From NCBI GenBank assembly GCA_046563655.1, contig CM102284.1, forward strand, positions 3,100,001 through 3,164,000: DNA of 64,000 nt, written 5' to 3'. Made by a program: the position numbers and the translations under genes. Position 1 is the first letter of the stretch. Each line of letters begins with the position of its first letter. The notes under the pieces are model-generated. The model was not told the origin of the DNA and made no database searches. It worked only from the letters and a program-made list of their open reading frames with translations. The stretch is from Yuukianura sp. NJ FZ-2021 (lineage: Eukaryota). Of the stretch, positions 35,501 to 49,061 are shown piece by piece.

Positions 35501-38500
35501 CGTCACGCACTAATAACGCAAGAACTACTAGTTTCAGTTCCAGTCAGTTCTATGGCTCGAGCTTCTTCTGAGTCAAAGGCGATCGACCTCATTTCATCCC
35601 CGGGAAGATTTAAAACAAGAAGCTTACGTCTATTTTCAAATCATTTTGAACCTAATGCAACGACTATAAAAAATGGATTTTTTTTTGTTAAAAATTTGGT
35701 TTCGTAGTAAGAATTTTCAACATATACTCGCCTGTACTCTTAAAAAGTTTTTGAGAAAGTCCTTATCAAATTTAGTGGTAAGGAAATAGCACACTTATTT
35801 AATTTTTTTCATTTCCGCTGACCATATTTCTAAGCTTTCCAGCACTACAGTTAAAAAATTGCACACCTAGCGTTCTGTTTAGTCTGTTGATTAGGTTAGG
35901 CATAAAATGATTTCCGATACGCCAACGTAGGTGCAAGGTTATGTATACAGTATGTACCTGCTAAAATTCTACAACGAAAATGCTGCACCTTAAAACATCT
36001 GCAAAATATCTGTTGTGCTGATCATCTTACACTTCCACCTTAGATGTTAGGCTTACGATGACGTAACTTGCCAGTTACAAATGGAAAATCATCACTTTTT
36101 CCCTAAAATATAGTAATTGTTAACCCTTTAAACTAAAAGTCTGGTCCAAAATGCTTTCAGGAATTCAAACTCACAGGCATACTGGTAATGTCAGGAATGA
36201 CGAATGAGACAACCATCCACGCCACATTTAATTTTTCAAAGGCATTATTATTCAGCCACCTTCCAAAACGACAATGAATCTCAATGTGTATTTAAATACT
36301 GAAAATTATGTTACAGAACCGCAAGTCCCCATTTGTTTCCCTGATTAGGATCAAATTCATGAGTTGTGAGAATGGAAATAAAGTGTGCAGCTTTTAGCGT
36401 CTGCTTTCTCCTTATCATCCATTACAAAGTTTTCCCTCCGTGTGTGGTTTTGTAAAGTGAGGCCTGTCACCGGAGCCAACTCCCTTACTCATAGTCATAA
36501 ATTAGAACTTCCGAGCACAATGAATCATCAGGAGAAAGAGAGGATTACAGAGCCACTGCTACATAATGGAAACACCAAAAAGTAGTTCACATGCTCCAAT
36601 AGTTTCCACATACGCAGCAAAACTGGCTACCAAATCCCAAAACAATGGATTAGCTAAATGTAATTTTAGATTTTAGCTTTACCGCAAAAGCTGTTTACAA
36701 TCAAACCGATTCTGAATTTTGTCTTTTACTTTCTAAACTTCTCCTGATTTTCGAGGTAGGTGTGGTATGAACTTTGCCAAAATTCAATACAGCAACCATT
36801 CGACATCCATTTTCGAAAAATCGCTAATGAAGAAAACTACTTGCTAACAAAATTAAGCACAAGTAAAAGTACGTACGTAATACAGATATGAGTTGACAGG
36901 AAGAGGATGTATCTTCCTATTATAGTTACTCCCTGCAAGCAGAGGAGCAGCCAGAAAGAAACCGGAAACCGCAGGATCATTAAATCTCTCTCCCCTCCAA
37001 ACTAGACTTGTCAACAGAAATATGAAAACGAAAGCAACTTTAACTTCTTTTAGGTCTTTCCGTAGACGACAAAACCACACACGCACTCTGGTGCATTTTA
37101 GCATTTTGAGTCTAGTCCAATGCTAAACATTAGAAGATGAAGTAATATGTCTAGCCTCCTAAAAGCCGCAACAACGTCAGCATTTAAAGAGTACAAAGGC
37201 TAAGTAGAGCCTAATCTTTGACCTGAAGGAATTTAAACAAATGTTTCCTGGACGAAAAAAAAGTTGTCTAGGTCACTTTTCAACCTAAAGCAGAGCAATT
37301 TTAACCGTCGAACCTAGAAATATCAAATCTAACATCTTCCTGTACTCCATTCCTTAAGCATTACTGAAAAAACTGCTTTTCGAGTGGTTGCTTCTTTGAA
37401 AAGGTCAGACTGGCAGACGGACAGCTGAAATGCACTAAGTTGCCATCGCTTTCACTACTTTAAGAGTACCAATCAAGAGAAACCGGAAATAAGTTCTCAA
37501 CACGAACCTCCTTCCGCTCCATCATCCAACGCAAATCAAATCCGCCAATAATCAAATCTAATCAAAAACATGAAACCGAAAAAATGAACAACTGGAAAAA
37601 AATATCCTAATGCAGAAAGAATACTAATACGAGCTTCTGCGTCCAAGTGAGAGTTAAATCTGTGATGTTGATGACATGTCATGTTACCTTGTATAGCAAT
37701 CATTCAGCACAACATCAAAGACTCTAAAGAAAGTCAAGAAAAAGAAAAACAGAAGGAAACATAAAGGAGTCACATGATAACCCTGCGGAATTTGTTGTCA
37801 AAGTATTCATGACCCCAATCAAAGAGATGCGGCCTGGCTTTTTATTTGTATTCCGTATGGATGCGCACCTCAGCAGTGACTTGGTGAAAGTATACTTTCC
37901 TATGACCAGACTCCCATCCCTCCTGTTACCATTGATTTCAAATCCAACTTACGAAGAAGAGCAGCACTAAAGGCGGAGGCGTGTACAGTTATATCCAACT
38001 GGAGTCTACACTCGGATCGATAGAGCAGAGATTCAAAGTCCACTTTCTCCGACCATTCACACTTTCTCCGCATTCCTTCCACTCTCCCGCAATTAGACGC
38101 ACATATTCCACTTCCCCTAATTATAAATTCCACACGCCCAAATCCACTCTCACTCGCGTGGTCTCCATAAACGAAATGAACCACACAAATAGCTCCAATA
38201 CTTCGCTCAAAAACTCAAGAATTTTTTAATAATCCCCAGAATTAATTCAAACTCCTCCACCGCTGCCTTTCTTCCTTTAAGTGAACTCTAGCCTTTGGAA
38301 ATGAATTTGCAAAGAAGAGTGAGGAGAGAGGCTTTATTACCAGAAGACTACTAGGACGACACAAAGGCTGGCATCCTAACTCCCATAAAAATACCCATTA
38401 AGAACAAAAATAGGGAGTTCAGGTCTAGCCACCTTCTCAGAAGACAAGAAAACCACGCAGATACGTTCCGAAAACATGGAAAATAGGAAACTTGGAAAAG

Positions 38501-38657
38501 CCATTAGTACAATCTGTTACACAAGAACAAAAGGACATACTACATACAAAAAAAAACGCTGGAAACAAAAGAAACAGAAGTCGGCGTCGGCGTATATCAA
38601 TCGCACCTACTATTTCTTATAGAGGTTAACTCCTTCACTTGATACTGCAAGTCTAGG

Positions 38658-39027
38658 GTAGCACGCCATTGCTCCGAATGAATTCCGTCGAAAGCAATTT
38701 CTCACAACAGTGAATTTCTCCGGGAGGCTAATTCCTCCGAAATTTAACCAATCCTGCATTAAGCTGATTACATTAAGCGATGCTTAGGTTAAAAACATAA
38801 GTTAAGTTTAGGTTTTTGCTAGGCTAACAACTATAAAATTACGCAGTGGTTGTGCTGTAATCTTGGTTATGCGAGTAATCAGGTTACGATATGTTTAGCA
38901 AATAAAAGTGTTTTCGGAACAGAGCGCCCTTTGGAGTAACGCGTAGTTTGGAGGAATCGGTTTCTTAGCAATTGTTTCGCAAGTATTTCCTTTCGGAGCA
39001 ATTCTTTCGGAACAATGGCATGGAATC
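38658..39027. mobile_element. Foldback-type non-autonomous element, copy 2
   Basis: Ends gtagcacgccattgctccgaa / ttcggaacaatggcatggaatc, with a ttaggtt-rich core. Confidence 0.7.
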
Positions 39028-40328
39028 ATATTTATAAGTATAAACCTCTTGAAAAAGAAACTGATATTCTGCAATATCATATTACCCTCTTCACAAAACC
39101 TTAAGTTAACTGTCTTTCTCAGAGAGTTACCGTAACGATGTCAAGGCTTTCTAATAAAAATGTCAGAAATTCTGTGACAGAATCATCAAACCGAAAAAAG
39201 CAGAGTCTAGGATTTAATTCAGAGTCGTTAGTGATAAGTTAAACGGAGGTTTGATTACTCCTGAAGAAAAAGAGTGGGAGCTTCCCATCTGGAGGGCGGA
39301 TGGTAAATGGGATTGAGTGTGTAAGAGGATCACTTTCACTGCTTTTCCTCCTTTACCTATCTTATTCCAAGTCTTTGGAAAGCAAGGGGAGAAGGACGCG
39401 TCTTATCACTCTCCATGCCACCGCCATGGTGTCAAAGAATAAGAAAAAACTGGGAGCTCAAGGGATGAGACTCCCTTTCAAAATAGTTACAGTAGGAAGG
39501 AAAACTAAGGGAGAAAGCACGGAGAAAGTCATAAAGTCTCGATAAGGCAGGCTTCCTGTGCTGGCAGCCGGAGATTGGTCCCTGCCTCCAGGCTCTCTCC
39601 CACCCATTTCTCAGCAGAATCCGACTAATTCCTTACTCCGTCATGTGAAAGGCGCAAGAATGGGGGATAAGTTAGGTTAGGCCACTTTCACTTGAACTTC
39701 ATGGAATGGGACAGATGAGATGGAATTTTATTTTTAATGCAGAGTCACTCTTCTTACACGGAGTGAGCTACTATAGTAACATGTCGACTACGCGTATGGA
39801 GAAAGTTAAGTTGAAAAAGTAACTTTGCCAAAAGAAGCTCAATTCTTCCAAGCCTAAATACTACTCAGATATCCCTCTATATAGTACTGCTCGCAACTGG
39901 CTGCATGAAAAATAACGTTCTTTGGGACATAGGAAGAAGCGTTTCTGCCAAGGAAAGAAAAGTTTTCTTTTTCCACTCTCCGATTCCAACGGAATCCATT
40001 ACTTTTTTTCGTAGTAGCACAAGTACAGTGTGGCAGCAGCCTCCAGTCGGCACAAATAAGATCTGGCTGGGAAACCAGCAAAACTTTTTTCCATAGACAG
40101 CACATGCCTCGGAAGAAAAAGAAAGAAAATTGAGAACCTACTTAGGTAACGCCAAGTTTACAGAAACACCAACTTTCACTTCTTTCCTTCTATACCTCTT
40201 ATGCACTCTGTTCAATGGACCTCCTTTCTTTTAACATAAAGAACATGAGCAAAACTTAGGCTTATTCAAAAAACCTAAAACCATACCCACACATTACCAT
40301 AAAATTCATAATACAAATTAGTACAAAC

Positions 40329-40444
40329 TTACAACTTTCATGTAAAGCAACTTTCATACAAACCGACTTTCATGTAAAACGATTACCATGGCCCCGTGGG
40401 CTGAGTGCCCGATGGGCCTAATAAATAAATAAAAAAAAAAAAAA
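40329..40444 (+). mobile_element. 5'-truncated non-LTR retroelement 3' tail
   Basis: Ends in a ggccc...gggcc stem, (aata)n and poly(A). Flanked by a 14-bp TSD aaattagtacaaac (40315-40328 and 40445-40458). Confidence 0.8.
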
Positions 40445-40647
40445 AAATTAGTACAAACGCCACCGGAATCTTAAGAATGCTGCAGCTTTATACACTTTCT
40501 CCTTTCCCGTACACGCAACAACCAGCCACTTGCTTAAATTGAAAAATCAACCCTGCACTTTGAGAAAAACTCGTTTGAAATGTTAACTAAACCGAAAAAA
40601 TTGGCCTGAAATATTTCAAATCACAATAACCTAACCAGGTCACCGCT

Positions 40648-40694
40648 GAAGGACGGACAGACAAGGTCAAACCATAAAGTAGGTTTCGCTACTT
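40648..40694 (+). mobile_element. HINE/DINE-1-like 3' end
   Basis: ggacggacagacaag...cataaagtaggtttcgctactt stem-loop, matching the other copies. Confidence 0.55.
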
Positions 40695-42552
40695 AGTAAC
40701 AGAAAATATGTAGCTGATGCCACAAAACTAAAGCGTAGAAAATTGGCAGAATGAAAGTTATGTCAGCCCAGGGCAGAGAGAAGCACTGTCACCTCAATTA
40801 ATGTCTCTGACTTTGAAGTTTCGTTGGAACTTAACTTCATTGAAGACAGAAGAAGATGAAAGTGTTGATGGCTCATTTCTCGAGTCCTCCATGGCCTTAT
40901 CAAAGGCCATTTCCATTTCTTTCACCCCAGTATCACTGTGTAACTAAAAAGAAAGTGGCGAATGGAACCAGAACGCAGAAGTTGGCCTATAGGAACCTCA
41001 ATGGAAATTTGTACCATGGAAGAAGGCATGTCTTCCTACTCCTTTCAAGGCGAGAAGGAACAAGACGTGACAGACAGACGAAAACTTCCCACTACTTTCT
41101 CCAATTCCATTCCGCAAAACGTAGTAAGTAGCATTGAGCAGCACATCTACTGGTAGCTACCGTGTCCATGAGAAGCTACGATAGAAGAGAATATTTAGGA
41201 ACGAAGGAAAAGGAGAATTCATCAAAAATTCTCTAAAATTACATCACGCAGAGATCCCCTCCCTGCTTTATCTCCAACCCTCAAAAAGTGAAAGTGGGAA
41301 TTCGGAATTCAGATCAGGTCACTCGCCAAGGACCAGACTACCCTCATTTCCTTCCGCTCAGATAACACCCCGCCCCCATCATAACTTACGTTAGGTTTAC
41401 GTACTAACCACCCTCCCTCTCTAATAACACCTAGTGAAGCATAAATAAGAAGTTGCCTAATGCCAAGTGACACTACTGAAATCCATTTTCATTACTTCCA
41501 TGCTCTCCCAGCATCCTTTATACGAAATAAAAACTTGACTCACTCAATAGCTTATTTACAAACTGACAATGGATAAACAACTTCTTTCCCGGCTATGATT
41601 GCTCCATTTGGATTAGTACATCTCACGCAAACTTTGTTTCTTTTTGTCCAGCAATTTTTGCACCTCAGCTATGTCACCGACTTGATCTATTTAACTTAAA
41701 CTTAAATAAAACCCATTTTAAGTGTATTTTCATTAAATTTTACGTACTGTATAACCCAAATGGCGCAATCATAACCCGGGATCACTGGAGTAGGAACGGA
41801 GAAATCCTAGGTCGGACTACTCATCCAACAGAATCCAAAGGTCAAGCTGATTTGAAGATGGATTGATTTCGCGTAGAAAGTGCCGATTTGAGATAAAATA
41901 ATGAAAATTACGGATAAGAAATAACACAAATGCAGAAATAACAGTATCTTCGGATACTTACAGCAGCGTAATCATGATAATTTACGTAAGAAATTAACAG
42001 TCGTGCTTACCGTACACTTAAGGGGATGATCCTAGGTAGTTTGGTAAGTGGTTGTTTCCTCTGGTTCTTGTTCTAGTATTCCAGTATCTATGAGCCCTTT
42101 GTTTCCTTTTGAAATAGTGACCAAGATGACGTTTGTTTCGTTTCTGCTCTTTGGATTTGATTGTTGATGATTCTTTGTGAAATTTGAAAATAATTGAAGG
42201 AGAGAAGAGCCCGCGCTAGGCGAGGAGAAGTAACAAAGTGAACAAAATACTCACTCGTCTTTCCAAACCAAAAGCGAATCCAGATCACCAGGCAGTCTTG
42301 CACACTTGTTTCTTTTTAGTACACGTGAAGTCCAAAAGAGCAAAACAAATGGATGCTTCCAGTGGTCTATAGTTTTAATGTCTTCGCTTAAAATCAGTGA
42401 TGTCGGATGGATAAAATATTTCTTCAACCTACATCAGATTAGGTGGAAGTATCCGGAAGTATTCATTTCTATCCATTTTATCTATTTCTTCCGGATGGAA
42501 ACAGATGAAATATATTATCCACCAAATACCCGCTGGACAAAACGTCAATAAA

Positions 42553-42830
42553 TTGGATATAGAGCAGCCCCCTGCGTTCAGCCCCCGTAGCAACCAACGC
42601 CAGCTTTTGTTTGTGACGTCACTCGTTGAAAAATACCGGTATTCAGGGAATAATGATGGTATCCTATAGAAACCCATTTACCGTTTGATGTTTAGACACG
42701 CGCCTCGGATAATAAGCTGCCGATTACGGTATTTTTCAACGAGTGACGTCATAAAAAAATGCCGTGGTAACCTAACAAACTTTCTGTTCGCACTACCTAG
42801 TGTTATTCTATTTACCTTGGATATAGAGCA
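42553..42830. mobile_element. 250-bp insertion with 14-bp flanking direct repeats and a 25-bp internal perfect inverted repeat
   Basis: ttggatatagagca at 42553-42566 and 42817-42830. tgacgtcactcgttgaaaaataccg at 42614-42638 and its reverse complement at 42727-42751. Confidence 0.7.
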
Positions 42831-45813
42831 ATACTGCTTAAAATATGATTGCATAGAGTGAAACTGTCACTTGACAGTTCAACAAACTCTAGGATGTGGG
42901 TTTTTCATCAGAAAACCTGCTTATCGGGGTAAGAAATAATGTATTTCACTTTAATTTAATTTACTTTACTATTTATTTTGAATTTAATTTACTTTATTGT
43001 ATTAAACGCTCGAGTAATACTTAATTTCTGAAAACCGCGATATAGAATGTACGTGCAAGTGTGAGATTATTTTCATTACTCACGGTACTGTTCGAGTATA
43101 ATACTAAATGTCATAACCTAACCGAATCGTAGTTACAATAGTATTTCAGTTAAGGAAGCTTCAAAGCTTCTTCAGCTGTTCGACATTATAAACTCAACAG
43201 GCCGAGACTGTCCTTGCACTGCGCCGCAACCGACTGCTATACTACTGTGTGATTCACTAGCCTTTCTTATAGTCCACCCTAAACTTTATCCCACAACGCC
43301 AGCAGCCCTTAACCCTGCGTTTGCTTACTTCCTTTGTCCTTTCCTTTTCGCGTCTTCAAGGAAAGCAGCGCCATCGCCAAAGATTTCCAAAGACTTTCTC
43401 CATAGCTCCTTATTCCTGTGCTAGTTTTACTTCCCTTTGCAAAGAACAATTTTGTTTCCATTTACACTCTACGAATTAAATGACCTTTGACCATATTAGG
43501 ACGAAATGGAGCATAGACTTTCAGTGGAAATTGTAATGGAATTCAATGCCTTCAAGTGACATTATTTTGTTAAATTTTCATCGCGTAGGGGGAACTCGTA
43601 ACTGGTAATCTGGCAACGATCTGGAAAGTGAGTTACGTTGTCATAACGAGAAATATAAAACAAGGAAAGCATCGATTCAAATGACCTTTTGACAAATGAC
43701 AACTTTTTAGTATAGCTGTTTACCCATGACACTTTCCGCATCCATCCAGTGTGGAAGACCATGTTGTTTTTCTTAATTTTGAGAAAGTTTTTTCGTCCGA
43801 TTTCATACTGGTCAACGCGAACAGTGCATGCATTCAGACTTGCAAAAATTTGTAGGTACTTGCCGCCTATAACATTCCGATCAAAGGCGAAGGTCAAAAT
43901 ATTACCTTGCGCAGACGCTTTTAACTCTAATCAAGACGCCACTTTGTACAATCAAACGGCAAAACCTACTTCGGGATGAAAAGTCAGAATTTGATCTTTA
44001 GTCTTACATCTTTGCGAGCAATTAATTTGCTTTCGCGATTCGCTTTTCCTATTTTTTCATAGCTTATGAATATGATGCAAACAAAATTAACTTTCACTAC
44101 TCCAATCATTACGTTAAAACTTGGCTTAGGCATGAATTGGAGCAAAGGGAACGAGCAGAAGTAAAGAGCGTCATCTTCAGCAGTTGAGTTTGTGTGAAAG
44201 TTGAATTGTCAAGTTTCTAAATCGTAGCAATAAGGGATTATTTGAATTCTTACATCTTGAATGACTATTTCGGATTTTCAAAGCACAACATTGAAATCTT
44301 CTGTGCAGATACTACGTGGTTGATTGGTTTCCATTGTCATCCGGAGGGCTATTTAAGGGTCCTAAACTTTCACTCTCCATTGACTTTCTCCGGTTGTTTA
44401 CGATGGAAGGCCACAATGTTCTAGAACCCCAGGGACCTTGGCAGGAACGATGTCATCTCTGACATCAACTTCATTTCTTCAATTCCCTACAAACAACTCT
44501 CCCAACATCCAAATGTCAAAAGCTCTACTTTCCCAATATGTTACTCAAATCTAGTTCTTACATTTTGAGAACATTCTTCATCGAAATTCCACCATTCCTG
44601 GGACATGAAAATGTGGGAAGTGGACCAGAAGAGATCTTTACGATCTCCAAAAGCCCTTTTCATTCAGCGATAACATATCCTCACAGAGGATCACTTTACG
44701 ATCCTCCTCTTCCAAAGTTCGAACCACTATGTACTAAATCAGGACAGAAGAGGACATGTCAGAGTCAGTTAGTTTGGGTGGATCAGTGATTGAAAATTGG
44801 GAGAGTAGCCATTTGACCATGTTCTTTTCTTGGACTTTCTCCGCCAGGGAAAGGAAACAAAGTTTAAAAAGTCAAGTTCCGCCAACTTTATTTCCTCTCT
44901 CCAACTTTTTTTTGCCAACGTCGTATCCTCTTGATTTCCCTTGAAGTTTAGGAAGTAGTAGTAGACAGGAGTAGAGAAAGTTTTCCAACTAGAATTGGGC
45001 TATAAATCATTTATCTTCTTATACAACGAAGATTCAATTGAATCCGCTTGGTCCTTAATTCTTTGACGTTCCCTCAACCAATTCCCCCCATCAACCCTCT
45101 CTCTGAATTTAAACAAGTTCGTTTCCTATGATTATTGAGAAACTAGAAAACCAAAAACCGTCAAGTTGCTCCAAGATTTATTCCTTTAATTATGTTCTTG
45201 TGAAGCCGAAAGGGAGGCAGCGCAGGAGTTGAACTTTGAGTTTACTTTGCTGCTGCTGCTGTTGTTGGTTCAAAAAGTTATACGTTTTGGCCCATGTGTT
45301 GGAGCAGTCTAGAAAGTTGGAATAGGTTCTAAATTTTGATCTCCAGTTTCACCTCAATTTTTGGCTGCTCTCTGGAGCCATCCCTCCTGTCGCTTTTATG
45401 AGAGCCTTAACAAAATAACGACCAAAGTTGGGCAGGAGCTGGAGACAATTACTTTGGAGAAAGCCTCTTTTCTCAGGCAATCATAAACCACGCACTCCAC
45501 TTCATCTCGGAGGAAGGAAACAAGAAAAAATGAGCATTTGCTAGGCTTAATTGACTCCGGAAAACTGTAGGTTAGGGATTTCTTCCTTCTAATTAACACT
45601 CCAAAATCACCCACTTTTCTCCTCTTCTCCTACAACAACTTCACTTTAAACTTACACGCCCAAATTAAAATCCGACACCCCTTCAATTTTTTCCTTTCTG
45701 ATTCTCCTGAGATGAGATTTCTTCAAGCAAAAAAATTACTTTTTTATGGAACGCCGACCAAAATGTTTTCAAAAATAACCGAGTTGTAAATAGGATGTGC
45801 AGTGTAGACACAA

Positions 45814-46261
45814 AAGTAGCGAAAGATCACCGCCTCACGGTTTTTCCTTCAAAATTCAGGACTTATATAATCATTTTGCTCAAATTATTTTTTCACATCA
45901 TGAAGACATTTAATTTAGAATCGAAAATTATTTTTTCACATCATAAAGACATTTAATTTAGAAAAGAATCGAAATAAATGTTTGAGTTCAAGAGAAATGG
46001 AATACATTTTGCCAGCTTGCCAATATGTACTCCTGTATGAACAATGTAGGCCATTTGCTATTAAATCTGTTGATATTGGCGTTTTAACTGAGGAAAGAAG
46101 GGCACAACAAGGGAATAATAGTTGACTTGACAGTGAATAGACCAAAAATTCGATGTTGATGTTATTGATTAAAAACAGATATCGCATCGTTTGTCAGACG
46201 AATTTCCGCCTACGGCCTGACAGACAGACAATGTCAGACGATAAAGTAGCTTTCGCTACTT
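45814..46261 (+). mobile_element. HINE/DINE-1-like (Helentron-associated) element, best copy
   Basis: 12-bp inverted repeat aagtagcgaaag / ctttcgctactt. The 3' copy is part of the hairpin aagtagc-tttc-gctactt. Also (gaca)n and an internal ~42-bp tandem duplication at 45882-45970. Confidence 0.7.
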
Positions 46262-47775
46262 AAAAAAAACACCAACGTCAGCGAGAAGTGTATTGTATTT
46301 TGTTTGACTTAAGCGGTGCTTAAATAAGAAAGGTTTGGAAGGCGTGAAAAATTCTCTAGAGAGAAAGTCTCATTGCATATTCGAGGAGTGTGGAAAGAGA
46401 AAGCAGTGTCCACTTCTGGCCCTCTTCCTCTTGACTGACACTTATTCAATTAGACCAACACACAGTTCTTCTTCTGTTGCGCTTGATTTCTCCTTCGCTT
46501 GGTTAAGGTTATGGACTACGCCCGACGTCCATTTGTTATTCTGGACCACGACACTAGTGGACTGGACTTTCCTCCACTTGACACTCTAAATCCTTCCAAG
46601 GAAATCCAGCCAAGGACACTCCGAGTCCTTTGGTCTAATGGACTTTCGCCCAAACCATGATCAGAAATCCAAGGACTTCCAACTAATCCATGTAAAGAGG
46701 CAACCTCACTCACTCTGCTTAATTAAACACTTACCCCCTCCCTCCTCTCCCCACTTTCACTGCGACACGGTGCTTCTCTAATGCTTTCTAATTTTCCAAA
46801 GGAAAAAAAAACAAATCCCTTTGCAATACGTTTTCTTTTAAGATTCTACACAGCACGAACATCATTAAGAAGGCAAAAGCACACATTAAAAAACCAACGT
46901 CATATCCAATCGCTCGCTTTCACCTTGAAAAGTAATCCTCTAAAGTTTTTAAAACCAACAACAATACGCGTTGGGACTGATGAAAACGTTTTTCTCATTC
47001 AAATACTAACGTTTTGTTTTGTTGTAAAAGTTGTATGTAATTTGTAATAAGGCTACCATTAAGTTATACGATTGAGATTGCCGCGCAAATACGACGTTGC
47101 GACTAATCGGGGTGTTCAATCTTTAGATGCTTCTTATAATGGAAAGTGCTTTCACCTTTTCTGAATTTTAAGCTAGTTTGTAGTTTTGGCTGGATAATTT
47201 GGTGAGCATAGCTTCTGCTACAAAACATTTTAGTTTTATAAGTGGTAGAAAACGTTTTGATAGAATAATTGAAATTACGTCGAAGAGATCCAATTAGAGA
47301 GGCTTTTGTGACACAAAGTCAAGTGTTGATGGAGGGTTTGAGGCAAGGAGTACAGTCATGCGATTACACAACTACGTCCAAATCGGATTCATATTCTGAT
47401 GAGATTCAATTTGGACGAGAAATAGGATCTCTGTACTGCAACAACACACGAGAAAGAGCGGAAAGTGTCAATTTGTCATCTGCCCCCTAGCAACCTGTGG
47501 GACTTGAATTAATTCCGACTTTTGATTGGGGCGGAGAAAGTCCATTTGTCTTCTGCTGAGACAAGGCTGTTGTCCAGAAAATTCCTCCAGCCTCATTCGC
47601 ATTCCTCGGAAAGAAAGTCTAGAGACGCTCAACTTCTTCTAGTTCGTCTGCTGATGAGATTGGACGAGGGGAAAGTTGGTGGGCTTGATCCAGGAAGACG
47701 CTGATGCTCCTACATCTTCGACGTGACTTGACTCCACGCTCCTCATTTTCCGTGACTCAAAGGATCAACAGACAG

Positions 47776-48252
47776 TAGGGATGTTCACGTTCCGTTTCTA
47801 GCAAAGGAACTTTTTCCGTTTCCAGTTTCGTTTCCGTTTCTTCATTTTTTTGGAAACGGCAAAATTCGTTCCGGTTCCGTTTCGTTTCCGTCTGCAGGGG
47901 CGAGTGGAACCGCTTTCTTTTAGGAAACGAAACGGATAAGGTATCACGTTAGCTTTTTGCGCCTTTTTTAATCCGATGTCTGACTAAAATTTGTGATTTA
48001 GAAATTCTGTTTCCATCAAAACACATTTTTCAGCCTAATTCTATGTAAACTTTGAAAAAAATTTCCTTTCGTTACTCGTACATGTGCTAGGGGGACTAGG
48101 AACGCAGCGTATACTTTTTATAGTACATCAATTTGCCTTATGGTCGTTTCCGTTTCCTTCATCATTGGGCCGTTCCATGTCTTTTTGGAGAAAACTCGTT
48201 CCCGTTTCGTTTCCCCGTGGAAACGGAACGGAACGGAACATGAACATCCCTA
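47776..48252. mobile_element. hAT-superfamily MITE (Ac/Ds-like ends), 477 bp
   Basis: TIR tagggatgttca(c/t)gttccgtt (20/21). Perfect 8-bp TSD acagacag (47768-47775 and 48253-48260). Many subterminal ccgttt/aaacgg motifs. Confidence 0.92.
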
Positions 48253-49061
48253 ACAGACAGACGCCAGCCAACTACGCTAACACCACATACAAAGTCCATT
48301 TACTCCAACGACAAATCAAGGTTCTGTCTCCCGTCAACTTCCATCAACCAAAAATAACATCAATCTCCTTTCCCCATCTCCGACAGCATAGGATTAACGT
48401 AGTCACAAAAAATAATCCAAGCGTCAAGACGTTCCAAACTAATTTAGTTTATAACGCGGATGAGCTTTAAATAGCTTAACAGGCATCCCTTTTATTATAC
48501 ACCAGAAGTTAAATACACACGTTCACATTAATATGCCCCATGAAGGAGTGATTCCAGCAATTTAGAATCAGAGTTTAGTTAGTGTTTACGTTATAATTAT
48601 TATTATTTGTATAAGGTATAAGTTTACTTACACTGTAGGAAGTAATTGCAAGCGAATCACCCAACATACGACCAAGACGAATCAGAACACTTCAATTTAC
48701 GACTAAATTGGGAACCATAAAGACTTGCGACAGACTATTATAAATTAACTACTATCACAGTATGGACAAAGAGTCCTTGGGTGCCGCATGTTCTTCGTCC
48801 CTTAGTACGTACAATTCCTTGGTTTTGTTATATCAACACACGCATGTTAAAGTGAGTTGTCAAAAACTCAAAGGAATCAGTAATTTTGATAATAATTGGC
48901 GGAAATTGTGAGTATAAACGAAGGTAGATAATTGTTAATTTAGAATTTGTAATAACGGTGCACATTCGTCTAATTGTAATTCACCCTTACGAGTGAGGGT
49001 AAATTGTTGTTTAACATTGGGTGAAGGTCTGTCGGGGTTCGAGCGTTGGCAATTCCAGCTC

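Noticed and set aside
14500-47700. Numerous 60-150 aa ORFs in the mbl introns and upstream region
   Set aside because: No family motifs, mostly non-ATG starts, composition typical of AT-rich non-coding DNA, and no consistent exon chains.
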